NCBI GenBank assembly: GCA_964540635.1
Contig: CAZINP010000001.1
Location: 9,540 to 73,539, forward strand
Origin: an uncultured Gammaproteobacteria bacterium
GTDB lineage: Bacteria; Patescibacteriota; Patescibacteriia; Buchananbacterales; UBA6539
Length of the DNA: 64,000 nucleotides
Reading direction: 5' to 3'
The position numbers and the translations under genes are program-made. The first letter of the stretch is position 1. Each line of letters begins with the position of its first letter. Below the pieces are notes generated by a model. That model had not been told where the DNA came from and made no database searches. It worked only from the letters and a program-made list of their open reading frames with translations. Of the stretch, positions 1 to 9,164 are shown one piece after another.

Positions 1-69
1 TTAAACCTGAAAATGATATAATGCGATAAACAATCCAAACATAAATTCGCATAAATCTAGGGGAATTAA

Positions 70-753
70 ATGATACTCAACCCAAAAAAGAAATATCTTC
101 AAATTGCCTTTAACCGCTCAATGGGCGAAGTTTTAAGTATGGTTGGCCAGCTACCTGCCGCAAAAGAGATCTTACTTGAGGCCGGCACGCCGTTTATTAA
201 AGAATACGGCACCATCGGCTTAAGACGCTTGGTTAATTTTTGGGAAAGCATTAATGGTCAAAATGCCTATGTTGTTGCCGACCTTAAATGTATGGATCGC
301 GGCTTTACCGAAGTTTCTGCGGCCAAAAATGCCGGCGCGTCAGCTGCCACTTGCCTAGGCTTGGCCCCAATTGAAACAATTGATGCTTTCATCAAAACCT
401 GCCAAGACTTAAAAATTGATTCAATGGTTGATATGCTCAATGTTGAATTTCCGTTTGAAGTTTTACAACAACTTAAAACTCGACCCGATGTGGTAGTCCT
501 ACACCGTGGTGCAGATCAGGCCCTGAATTCAACCAAGGCTATTCCCTATTATGACATTAGCCGAATCAAGGGCACTTACAATATTGTTATTTCTGTTGCC
601 GGGGGCGAAAAACTGGCCGATGCCAGACGAGCATTTTTTAACAGCGCCGACATTGCCGTTGTCTGGAAAGAATTTTATGAAAACCCCAATAGAGTCGGCG
701 AATTAGCCCAGGAATTTTTAAGTTCAATCAAAGGTTATGGCAAAACCAAATAA
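70..753 (+). CDS. HPS/KGPDC-like (OMP decarboxylase superfamily) TIM-barrel protein
   Basis: YLQIAFN, LEAGTP, ADLKCMD (DxKxxD), LHRG and VAGG motifs of 3-hexulose-6-phosphate synthase-type barrels; TG-A-TATAAT at 14-22 upstream. Confidence 0.8.
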   Translation: MILNPKKKYLQIAFNRSMGEVLSMVGQLPAAKEILLEAGTPFIKEYGTIGLRRLVNFWESINGQNAYVVADLKCMDRGFTEVSAAKNAGASAATCLGLAPIETIDAFIKTCQDLKIDSMVDMLNVEFPFEVLQQLKTRPDVVVLHRGADQALNSTKAIPYYDISRIKGTYNIVISVAGGEKLADARRAFFNSADIAVVWKEFYENPNRVGELAQEFLSSIKGYGKTK

Positions 754-1783
754 AAAAAACTTAAAAATTTTTATTACCACCATTGTCCTACTCGTCCTTT
801 TTTATTCCTTAAGTCTTACAAGCGTTATAAATGGTCGATTCAACCTGGAAACAATTATAAATTTTGGGGTTTTGGCTTTTATTGTTTTTTCGTTTTCAAA
901 AAATAAAAAGAATCGGGATAAAATCATAAAAATGATTTTGGAAAAACAAAATTTAAAAGGCATTAAGATGCAAGATGCGGACCCGGTTTTAGTTAAGAAT
1001 GACTTGGAAGAAATTATGGAATCGATTGTTGGCAAAAATTTGGCCGGAAAAATATCCCAGAATATACCTGATCAAAAATACCAAATTAAAAAAGATGAGT
1101 ATGTCGTTGATATTTTAAAGTCAAAAAACGACATGCGCCTGAACCGAAAAAAGAGATATCTTCAAGTTGCTTTGAACGGCACGCTAAATGATGCCTTATT
1201 AACAATTAATACTTTACCGGTTTCAGAAAAAATCATCATTGAAGCCGGCACGCCCCTGATAAAAATCCATGGCGCTCAAGCCGTTAGGGCAATCAGAAGC
1301 CGCTTGCCGTTTGCCTATATTGTGGCTGACATTAAAATCGCTGATTTAGCCGAAAGAGAAGTTGAAACTTTTAAAAACGCCGGCGCTAACGCCGTTACCG
1401 CTTTGGGCGTAGCCCCGCTTGAAACATTAAACCAATTCGTTTTAGCTTGCAAAAAATACAATGTTGACGCCATGATTGATATGATGAACGTGCCCAGCGC
1501 CATTGAAATTCTTAAAAAAATGAGCGCCTTGCCTGAAGTTGTGATTTTGCATCGCGGCGTGGATGAAACCGAGAAAACCAAAGGAAAATCAATCCCTTAC
1601 TATCAAATTAATCAGATCAAAGGTCAATATAATTTAATTGTTTCCGTGGCCGGCGGCGATACGCCCAAAGAAATTCAGAGCGCCGTTTTCAACGGTGCCA
1701 ATGTGGTGGTTGTTTGGAAAAATTTTGAAACCGGCCAAAGTGTAAAAAATTTAGCGGAAAACTTTTTAAAAGAAATTAAATAA
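737..1783 (+). CDS. Membrane-anchored HPS/KGPDC-like protein (2 N-terminal TM segments, linker, HPS-like barrel)
   Basis: Hydrophobic segments at about aa 10-53; C-terminal YLQVALN, IEAGTP, ADIKIAD, LHRG, VAGG; overlaps upstream ORF by 17 nt. Confidence 0.8.
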   Translation: MAKPNKKNLKIFITTIVLLVLFYSLSLTSVINGRFNLETIINFGVLAFIVFSFSKNKKNRDKIIKMILEKQNLKGIKMQDADPVLVKNDLEEIMESIVGKNLAGKISQNIPDQKYQIKKDEYVVDILKSKNDMRLNRKKRYLQVALNGTLNDALLTINTLPVSEKIIIEAGTPLIKIHGAQAVRAIRSRLPFAYIVADIKIADLAEREVETFKNAGANAVTALGVAPLETLNQFVLACKKYNVDAMIDMMNVPSAIEILKKMSALPEVVILHRGVDETEKTKGKSIPYYQINQIKGQYNLIVSVAGGDTPKEIQSAVFNGANVVVVWKNFETGQSVKNLAENFLKEIK

Positions 1784-1809
1784 TTAATAAATAATAAATA
1801 ACTAAAACT

Positions 1810-2589
1810 ATGGAAATCGCATTTGCCACTTTTTTCCTCTTCGGAGGGGGCTTCGTGTTCTTTTTTATCATCCTGCCCGGCATCAGAATCATCAACCAAT
1901 ACGAGAGGGGCGTGGTTCTGACCTTGGGCCGCTACTCCGGCACCAGAAATCCCGGTCTAACCTGGATTTTCCCGGTCATTCAAACCATGACCAAAGTTGA
2001 CATCAGAATTTTGACAGTTGATATTCCTCAACAAGAAGCCATCACCAAAGATAATGTACCGGTTGGCATAAACGGCGTTGTCTATTTTCGCGTGGAAAAA
2101 GCCGAAATGGTCGTCTTAGAAATTCAAAATTACAAAATGGCCGTCAGCCAATACGCTCAAGCGGCCTTGCGCGATGTCATCGGTTCCGTTGAGCTTGATT
2201 CACTGTTAACCGAACGAGATAAAATCGCCGAAGAAATTGAAAAAATTGTTACAACCGCAGTTAATCCTTGGGGCGTCAGTGTTTCCAGTATCAAAATCCA
2301 AGACATCGAACTGCCGGCTGATATGAAACGCGTTATGGCCAAACAAGCCGAAAGCGAACGCGAAAGACGTGCGGTAATTATCAGAGCCGAAGGCGAATTA
2401 AAAGCTTCAGAAAATTTGGCTGCGGCGGCCAATAAATTAGCAACGGCTCCGGGCGGTTTATCTTTAAGAACTCTAAAAACAATTGAAGCGATTAATCCCG
2501 ACCCGTCCAAAACCGTTATCTTTGCCCTTCCGGTTGAAGTCATGCAGGGTATTGCGGCCATTGGTGCAAACTTTGTCGGTAAAAAATAA
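1810..2589 (+). CDS. SPFH/Band 7 stomatin-like (slipin) protein
   Basis: N-terminal TM, YERGVV..LGR, ITKDNVPV, AALRDVIG, MAKQAESERERRA..I.AEGE. Confidence 0.93.
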   Translation: MEIAFATFFLFGGGFVFFFIILPGIRIINQYERGVVLTLGRYSGTRNPGLTWIFPVIQTMTKVDIRILTVDIPQQEAITKDNVPVGINGVVYFRVEKAEMVVLEIQNYKMAVSQYAQAALRDVIGSVELDSLLTERDKIAEEIEKIVTTAVNPWGVSVSSIKIQDIELPADMKRVMAKQAESERERRAVIIRAEGELKASENLAAAANKLATAPGGLSLRTLKTIEAINPDPSKTVIFALPVEVMQGIAAIGANFVGKK

Positions 2590-2593
2590 TTCC

Positions 2594-2634
2594 AAATAAA
2601 AAACATCCCGATTGTATCGGGATGTTTTTTATTT
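2594..2634. terminator. Bidirectional intrinsic terminator
   Basis: aaataaaaaacatcccga-ttgta-tcgggatgttttttattt between convergent genes. Confidence 0.9.
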
Positions 2635-2641
2635 AATAATT

Positions 2642-3781
2642 TTATTTTTTCTTCGGTGCGGAAATATCAGCTTTTAACCAAAACGCGCCGAAATAAGTTG
2701 AGATTGGCATAGACATTGCCACCCCGATACTGCCAACCAAAGTTCTGACAATTTCTGTTGCCACCACTTCGTTATTAATAATTTGATTAAAGGTCAAATA
2801 TGGTTCTTGTTTTAAGGTAAACAATAGCAACAACGGCAAAGAGGCGCCGGCATAAGTTAAAAAAAGCGTATTAACAATTGCGCCCAAATGAGTGTTACCA
2901 ACGCGATAAGCCATTTTAAAAACTTGCATCGGTTTTAAATTGGGATTCGCTTCTTTTATCTGCTTAACTGCCTCCAGCTGACCAACGATTATATCATCCA
3001 AAACCCCAACCGCGCCAATTAAAATACCGGCTAAAAGCAACCCCTTAAAATCAATTGCCTTTTGACCGACGCCGATTAAAAAAACCGACTCCTCCTGGGC
3101 AAAACCGGTTAAACGAGTCATGGCGGTAAACACCGAAGAAAGAATAACAATAAGCACAAGGGAAAAAGTAACGCTTATAATTGCCAAGTGAGATTTTTTA
3201 TGCCAGCCCTCAGTTAAATAAATTATAATCGTCAAAATTGTTAAAGAGCCGATTACGCTGATTAAAAAAGGATTTGCGCCATTTAAAATTTTAGGCAAAA
3301 TAAAATAAACAATTATTAAGAACGTTGCGATCAAACTAATGAGCGCTTTTATTCCCTTACTTCCCCCAATGATAATCGTAACGACGGCAAAAATAAAAGT
3401 TAAAAGATAAATTGGGTTGCGACGGACAATATCAATTATAAAATAATTGCTTTGGCCGTCTGGCGTCTCAGTTTTTTGAACTAAAACCCGATCGCCAACC
3501 TTATAATGATTCACACTCACAAAGTCAATCTCAGAAATACCATTAATCTCTATTTCTTTATTTTTATCTTCCCCTTCAAGCCCTTTTAATAAAAGATCTT
3601 GCTGGGTTGCCTTATCGCCGTCTTCACGAGCGATTTCTTTTTCTTCTAAAATTTTTATTACTCTGGCTTCAAAAATCGTCTCGGTTGGAACAACCTCATC
3701 AGGCATGGCTTCTTGGGCAAAAAGATTAACCGGATAAGATAGGATAAATAAAAATAAAAAAATGAATATTTTTTTTAACAT
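2642..3781 (-). CDS. YibE/F family membrane protein
   Basis: Signal peptide, OB-like soluble region, IGAVGVLDD and VNTLFLTYAGASLPLLLL motifs, EIVRTLVGSIG. Confidence 0.88.
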   Translation of the reverse strand: MLKKIFIFLFLFILSYPVNLFAQEAMPDEVVPTETIFEARVIKILEEKEIAREDGDKATQQDLLLKGLEGEDKNKEIEINGISEIDFVSVNHYKVGDRVLVQKTETPDGQSNYFIIDIVRRNPIYLLTFIFAVVTIIIGGSKGIKALISLIATFLIIVYFILPKILNGANPFLISVIGSLTILTIIIYLTEGWHKKSHLAIISVTFSLVLIVILSSVFTAMTRLTGFAQEESVFLIGVGQKAIDFKGLLLAGILIGAVGVLDDIIVGQLEAVKQIKEANPNLKPMQVFKMAYRVGNTHLGAIVNTLFLTYAGASLPLLLLFTLKQEPYLTFNQIINNEVVATEIVRTLVGSIGVAMSMPISTYFGAFWLKADISAPKKK

Positions 3782-3785
3782 AGAT

Positions 3786-5099
3786 TTAGTTAAACATTAG
3801 CCAGCCCGGCTTAAAAATTAACAACAAACCAACTGTAAATAAAATTAATCCGCCTGCCAACCTGGAATATCTGGCATATTTCGTAGTAACTCCTGTCATC
3901 TCTAATGTTATCATTGCAAGTAAAAAGACAAAAATATCATCAAGCATAAAGAAAAAAATGTACAACAAAATCAAAAAATAATACTGCCAACTTGATAAAT
4001 TATTTAAAGCCAAGACTTGAGTATAGATCGCCGGCAAACCAGCCGAACAAACCAATTCAACCAAATTTACAACAAAGGCCAAAACGATAATGCCAAAAAT
4101 CGCTAAAATAAAATTTTTTTGTAAAGCTACCGCCTTTAATTTCTTAAAAACTTTTTGACGATTCTCACTATTAGTAACCTTGCAGCCACTGTCTTTATCT
4201 ACAAAAAATGCACGCACACTGTAAGAGCCCCCGGCCAAAGCGAATAAACCAACCAACAGTCTTACCCAAAAAACAAAGCCTAAAAATAAGATAAAGTTTA
4301 GCCATGCCGACATAAACAAAAAGTAAACCGAAGCCGACGCAACAATAAAAATAATTCCCAAAGTCCACATTCGCCTCTTATCTTCCATTCCCAGAAGCAA
4401 GCTGATTAAAAACAAAAGCGTCCATAAAGCGCAAGGATTGAATCCATCCAACGATCCTATAATCACCGCCAGGATCGGCAGAGAAAATTTAATTATATTT
4501 ACTTCTCCAAATATTGGCAACTTAATTCTTTGATCAACTCCACTCTCAGCTTCCCCCAAAAAATCCAATCCAACATTATCCTCAAATGGTTTATCTAATT
4601 CTTCCACTCCAGACTGTGTCGGCGTGTTTTGCTCAACGCTATCCACTTCTACAAATCCTTCTCTTATAGCATTTTCCTGGTAAGAAATCGTTTTTACGTT
4701 AACAATCTCGGCGACTGAATCGGGACATAATTCCTTGCTGCACTCTAAAACACGCTTTGATATCGCCGATGATGTCATACCATTGGCATATCCGATGAAA
4801 TAAGTATCACCAATCACCAAAAAAGGCACTCCATTGACTCCGGCGTTTAACTTTTCAGCTACCTTTTGCAAAATTTCTATATTGTCAAAATCGTTATAGA
4901 TTTCAAATTCAAAAACGTTCAAGTTGGGATAATTTTCCTTTAACTCACTATTTATAAACACTCTTTCAGCGCTACAGTGAGGACAAGTACTACCATAGAA
5001 AAGATAAGCGTTAACCGGAAATGTTACGGCTTTAACGGGAATTAAAACCAAGAAAAAAAATAAACTGATAGAAAATAAATATTTAAATAGATGTCTCAT
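3786..5099 (-). CDS. Exported glutaredoxin domain fused to DsbD/CcdA-like transmembrane domain
   Basis: Signal peptide, FYGSTCPHC, then TM region with DGFNPCA and ELVCSAG cysteines. Confidence 0.8.
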   Translation of the reverse strand: MRHLFKYLFSISLFFFLVLIPVKAVTFPVNAYLFYGSTCPHCSAERVFINSELKENYPNLNVFEFEIYNDFDNIEILQKVAEKLNAGVNGVPFLVIGDTYFIGYANGMTSSAISKRVLECSKELCPDSVAEIVNVKTISYQENAIREGFVEVDSVEQNTPTQSGVEELDKPFEDNVGLDFLGEAESGVDQRIKLPIFGEVNIIKFSLPILAVIIGSLDGFNPCALWTLLFLISLLLGMEDKRRMWTLGIIFIVASASVYFLFMSAWLNFILFLGFVFWVRLLVGLFALAGGSYSVRAFFVDKDSGCKVTNSENRQKVFKKLKAVALQKNFILAIFGIIVLAFVVNLVELVCSAGLPAIYTQVLALNNLSSWQYYFLILLYIFFFMLDDIFVFLLAMITLEMTGVTTKYARYSRLAGGLILFTVGLLLIFKPGWLMFN

Positions 5100-5101
5100 G
5101 A

Positions 5102-5371
5102 TTATTTGTCTTTATTTGCGCTAATTATCTCAATCAATTTTTCTTTTTTAATTTCACCACTTAATCTTAAAAATTCTTTATTTTGACTGTCCAAAAAAAT
5201 AAAAACCGGTAAGTTTTCAACAACATTATATTTTTTTATCGCCTCCTTATCATTGTCAAAATCATAATATTCATTTTTTAACCATTCATTTTCCTTCTCA
5301 ATTTCTTTCCAAAGCGGCCTCATGACCAAGCAACCCGGGCACCAAACAGCACCAATTTTAATAACCTTCAT
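5102..5371 (-). CDS. Thioredoxin family protein
   Basis: AVWCPGC motif, LPVFIF cis-Pro loop, 89 aa. Confidence 0.88.
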   Translation of the reverse strand: MKVIKIGAVWCPGCLVMRPLWKEIEKENEWLKNEYYDFDNDKEAIKKYNVVENLPVFIFLDSQNKEFLRLSGEIKKEKLIEIISANKDK

Positions 5372-5381
5372 AATTATATTT

Positions 5382-5657
5382 TTAATTAATTATTTTAATC
5401 GCTTTGCCATTGATTAAAGCATCAGCAATCTTTTTATTTGCAGAATATAAAATTCTTTGATAAGTGCTTGCCGAAGTATTCATTTGTTTTGCCGCCTCGA
5501 TTTGATCAAGGCCTTGAACATGTCTTAAGCGATACGATTCCATCTCTTCCGTACTTAATTGAACAATTTCAAGATTAGCCAAAGGAACACCTTGCGGTTT
5601 GAAATATTTAACTCTTGGATTAAATTTAATTCTGCGAAAAAGCTTTGGTCGTGGCAT
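5382..5657 (-). CDS. DUF134 family HTH DNA-binding protein
   Basis: MPRPK..RRI...P...YFKP.G; EE.ES.RL....GL.Q.EAA.QM..S.STYQRIL..A.KKIA.AL..GKAI. Confidence 0.88.
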   Translation of the reverse strand: MPRPKLFRRIKFNPRVKYFKPQGVPLANLEIVQLSTEEMESYRLRHVQGLDQIEAAKQMNTSASTYQRILYSANKKIADALINGKAIKIIN

Positions 5658-5752
5658 ATTTTTATTATAACAGAATTACCTTAATAAGCCGACTGCCATT
5701 TGATATTTTAATAAGAAACGGCAGTCTCTTAACTTATTAAAGGAATTACCGA

Positions 5753-5944
5753 CTAGCTGTCTGATTTAGGGCATGAAAAATCGCCGTACAAAGCAGAAAA
5801 CCTGCCTCTTCCTCGGCCTTGATTTCTTCCAAAACCCAAACCGCGACCAACAGGCTTGGTTTTATTGCTGCCAGAGCAATTTCCCATGCCTCTTCCCGTC
5901 ATCGGACCTTGGCCATTTGGCCCGGTTTTGTCTAAATTTGGCAT
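5753..5944 (-). CDS. DUF5320-like small Gly/Arg-rich protein
   Basis: MP..D.TGP.G.GPMTGRG.G.C signature. Confidence 0.8.
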   Translation of the reverse strand: MPNLDKTGPNGQGPMTGRGMGNCSGSNKTKPVGRGLGFGRNQGRGRGRFSALYGDFSCPKSDS

Positions 5945-5984
5945 AATTTTATTTATTTAAGTTAATTAGTAAAACTATTTATTA

Positions 5985-6015
5985 TGAGTATATACCCAAA
6001 ACTATATTTCGTCAA
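5985..6015 (-). promoter_or_regulatory. Sigma70 promoter with an overlapping imperfect palindrome (candidate operator)
   Basis: Minus strand TTGACG-17 nt-TATACT; TGAGTATATACCCA (6/7 palindromic) at 5985-5998 covers the -10. Confidence 0.55.
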
Positions 6016-6084
6016 GTTTTAATTTCAATATACGATTTTAAATGGCTGTGTTATAATCATATATATAAACTAAAATTAAAAAAT

Positions 6085-7125
6085 ATGAAAAAAATATTTT
6101 TGGGTTTAATCTTAAGTTTTTGCTTTATTCTCTTCCCCTTTTACACAAAAGCTGCCTCTAAAGAATGGCAAGCAATAACCCCCGAAGGGTTTGAAGCGAT
6201 AAATTGGGTAAAGGCAAGGGGTATAAATAGTTTTTTTAAACCTCAAACCAATAATGGCTACCTTGATTATCTAACTATAATCTATTTGCCATACAACGAA
6301 ATTGGTCTGATTACCTCTTCAACGCCCAAAACCACCTGGACACCGGCTTCCTCGGTATTTGCGGATACCTCTGCCAACAATTGGGTATTTGAAAAAAAAC
6401 CGGCCGAATTGTCAAAAAAAGATTATCCGGATGTTAAATTTGTTTGGAACATGCCGTTTTTTAATATCACCGGCACTACCACCGACCTGAGCCTAGCCTT
6501 AAAATTTAATTTGAATAAAAATCCTTTTATAACCAGCGGTAGCCGTCCAGAGCTTGATATGGCTCAGAACCGACGCATGCTAATTATTGATAATAAAAAT
6601 CATTCGGCCTTGATTTCGGATTTTAGCGAAGAAACATTTATTAACAATGGCGATTTGGCGGTTGAAGGTTTTGCGCCAGATACAACATTTAAAGGAGAAA
6701 GTTTTACCATCTCTAGATTATTTGTTGGCGTAAGGCCGGGCAATAAAGAATTGGTTATTTATTGCAGCAAAGGCGCTTCAATTGAGGATGCACAAAATGC
6801 CTTATTGGCCGCCGGCGTTCCTTTGGAAAACCAACTCCAAGCCGATGGCGGCGCCAGCGCCACTTGCGCTTACAATTTGCCCGGTCAATTCTTTACCGAA
6901 CCGGGCCGATCTTTGCCGGCCCTAGTTGGCGCTACTCCTTTTCTATTTACCGGCTCAATCATTAATGATCAAGTCAACGTTAGAAACGGTCCGGGAATAA
7001 AAAATAAAGCCGTTGATAAACTGGCCAAGGGAACAAAGGTTACAGCCTACGAAGAAAAATCAGGCTGGGTCAGAATAGGAACCTCCCCGCTCTGGGTTTT
7101 AAAAACTTTAATTAAAATTGACTAA
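6085..7125 (+). CDS. Secreted protein: phosphodiester glycosidase (NAGPA/DUF2233)-like domain plus C-terminal bacterial SH3 domain
   Basis: Signal peptide; SRLFVG and QADGGAS resemble PRTA.G / NLDGGGS; VNVRNGPG...L.KG.KV..YEE..GWVRI is SH3b. Confidence 0.65.
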   Translation: MKKIFLGLILSFCFILFPFYTKAASKEWQAITPEGFEAINWVKARGINSFFKPQTNNGYLDYLTIIYLPYNEIGLITSSTPKTTWTPASSVFADTSANNWVFEKKPAELSKKDYPDVKFVWNMPFFNITGTTTDLSLALKFNLNKNPFITSGSRPELDMAQNRRMLIIDNKNHSALISDFSEETFINNGDLAVEGFAPDTTFKGESFTISRLFVGVRPGNKELVIYCSKGASIEDAQNALLAAGVPLENQLQADGGASATCAYNLPGQFFTEPGRSLPALVGATPFLFTGSIINDQVNVRNGPGIKNKAVDKLAKGTKVTAYEEKSGWVRIGTSPLWVLKTLIKID

Positions 7126-7166
7126 AATAAAAAAAGCCCCCGACTCTCGGGGGCTTTTTTTATTTT
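7124..7166. terminator. Bidirectional terminator, near-identical to 17539-17580
   Basis: aaaataaaaaaagcccccga-ctc-tcgggggctttttttatttt. Confidence 0.9.
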
Positions 7167-8442
7167 ATTTTCTTTTTTTAAGCGACGCCAACTCCTCTTT
7201 TAATTGCGAGATTCTTAACTCCCGATTTATCATATGATCGTTCATCTCAGTTAACTGTTTTACTTTCTTTTCAAGCTCCAATTCGTCCTGTTTCTTTTCG
7301 TTGATATCAATAATTGAGCCAACCATTCTAATTGGTTTTTTATTTTTATCATATTGCGTGATACCATTTGCCCTAAACCAACGATACTCTCCTGTTTTGC
7401 ATTTAAGGCGATATTCTGTTTCATAAGGCTTACCGGTCTCCAAGCAGTTGTCAACAATATCAAAAGTTTTCTTTAAATCTTGAGGATGCAAAGATTTTTT
7501 GAAATCATCAAGGGTCGTACCCATTTCACCTTCTTTATATCCCAAAAGCACATAAGATTTTGGCGACCATAAAATCTTATTTGTTTTCAAATTCCAATCC
7601 CAAATACCGGCGCCAACGCCGTTAATTGCCAGGCGATAAGTTTCTTTGGCGTCAAAAAAACTTTTTTCTAACGCCTTCTGCTTTTTTATCATCTCTTCCA
7701 GAGATACTATTTTCTTTTCTAAATCAGATCTAAAATTCAATATTTCCCAAAAATGCTTTGGTTTTTCACGGCTTTCTTCAAGATATCCTTCAATCTTTAA
7801 AAAATAAGTAACCAAGGGGGCGGAAACAAAAGATAAAAATAAACGAATCGCGATGCTGCTCTGAAGTATAGAAAAATATACGCTAGAACCAAAATATGAG
7901 CCCGTCACAAAAACTAAAGAGTCAAGAAGATAAACAGAAAATATAACTAAAAAAACTCTAATAATCAAAAACAAAGATTTAACTCGAGAAAGCAGCTCCC
8001 AGATTACAGCTAAAAACAAAATATCTAAGATTATGGCTGAAATTGACCAAAAATAAACCCGAGCGGTTTGAGCATTTAATTGCACCCAACCCGAAGTGTC
8101 AACTTGCAAGCCAAGCAAATACACAACCCCGATATAGAGTAAAGATGAGAATAAAACAACCCAAAGTGCCAAGCGTCCAGCCTTTGGGCCTTCAAAAATA
8201 TAGAGATACAAAATACCAAGCATTAAACTTGTAAAAAACGAAAATGAACCTACTAGGAAAAACCACTGATTAAATATTACGGCAAAGCCCATATCGCTAA
8301 GATGATGGGTCAAAACTGTCATAACCGCAATATGCGAATAAAGCGGGATAAGAGTAAACCTGTCTTTCAAACGATAAAGTATAACCACCAAAAGCCAAAG
8401 AATTAAAGTCTGAAAGCACAAAACTAAAAATGGGTTAAACAT
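7165..8442 (-). CDS. Multi-TM (YhhQ/VUT-like) domain + PAS domain + C-terminal coiled coil, no output domain
   Basis: About 7 TM segments; GIWDWNL...WS...LLGY, HPQD, EYRL..K.G.YRW, RMVGSIIDI are PAS/PAC. Confidence 0.8.
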   Translation of the reverse strand: MFNPFLVLCFQTLILWLLVVILYRLKDRFTLIPLYSHIAVMTVLTHHLSDMGFAVIFNQWFFLVGSFSFFTSLMLGILYLYIFEGPKAGRLALWVVLFSSLLYIGVVYLLGLQVDTSGWVQLNAQTARVYFWSISAIILDILFLAVIWELLSRVKSLFLIIRVFLVIFSVYLLDSLVFVTGSYFGSSVYFSILQSSIAIRLFLSFVSAPLVTYFLKIEGYLEESREKPKHFWEILNFRSDLEKKIVSLEEMIKKQKALEKSFFDAKETYRLAINGVGAGIWDWNLKTNKILWSPKSYVLLGYKEGEMGTTLDDFKKSLHPQDLKKTFDIVDNCLETGKPYETEYRLKCKTGEYRWFRANGITQYDKNKKPIRMVGSIIDINEKKQDELELEKKVKQLTEMNDHMINRELRISQLKEELASLKKRK

Positions 8443-8539
8443 ATATTTAGATTATTTAGCTTATTTAATTATACGACAAAACGCAAAGCTTAACAAAAAA
8501 AGAGCCACCCCCGCAGGTATTGGCTCAATACTTTTCAGC

Positions 8540-9164
8540 TTACATCCGACCATCTCTGACTCGGTTGCAAGCATACATCATTTTTTTCAGTTTATCCAAA
8601 GCCTCCTCAAGAAACAGGCTCAACCCGGCAACGTCCATGTGGGCACTACCAAATTGTTCGGCAAGAAGCTGATCTTCAGCAGTTGCCATTTCCAAAGCCT
8701 TGGTAAGTAACCGCTTGAACTCTTTTCGCCTAGAGGCCGGGCTGCTTGTTTTTTTCTCATCCTGAGAATCTGGTTCATCTGACGACGAGGGAGGGAGTAA
8801 ACTCTTCCCAAGCTTTTTGCCCAAATTCAAGCGCAAGCGAGCAATGCTCATCCCGGCGGCTTCGGCTTTTTTAAGGAGACTCTCAATCTCTTCCTCTGAA
8901 ACTCCGACAAAGAAATCTTCTTTTCCTTCAGTAATGCCTCGAAAATACGCCTCCATCTGCCCAAGAACATTGTCCGGTTTTCCCTGAAAATCGGGCGGCA
9001 AAACATCCAGCACCGGCTTTGGCACAGGCGCCTCCTGCGAAACCAGCGATTTTTGCTTCGCCTTGACGTTCACGCCTTTGGGCATAAACCCATGCATGCG
9101 CTCCCTTATAGCCTTGGTTTCGGCAATTACCCTTAACAACAATTGGGAGTGTTGCACGTAGGCA
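8540..9164 (-). CDS. Probable C-terminal part of the ParB-like protein (+1 frame), or a separate hypothetical ORF
   Basis: Long open frame whose only early start is a TTG inside parB with no RBS; joins the parB frame if one C of C7 is skipped. Confidence 0.5.
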
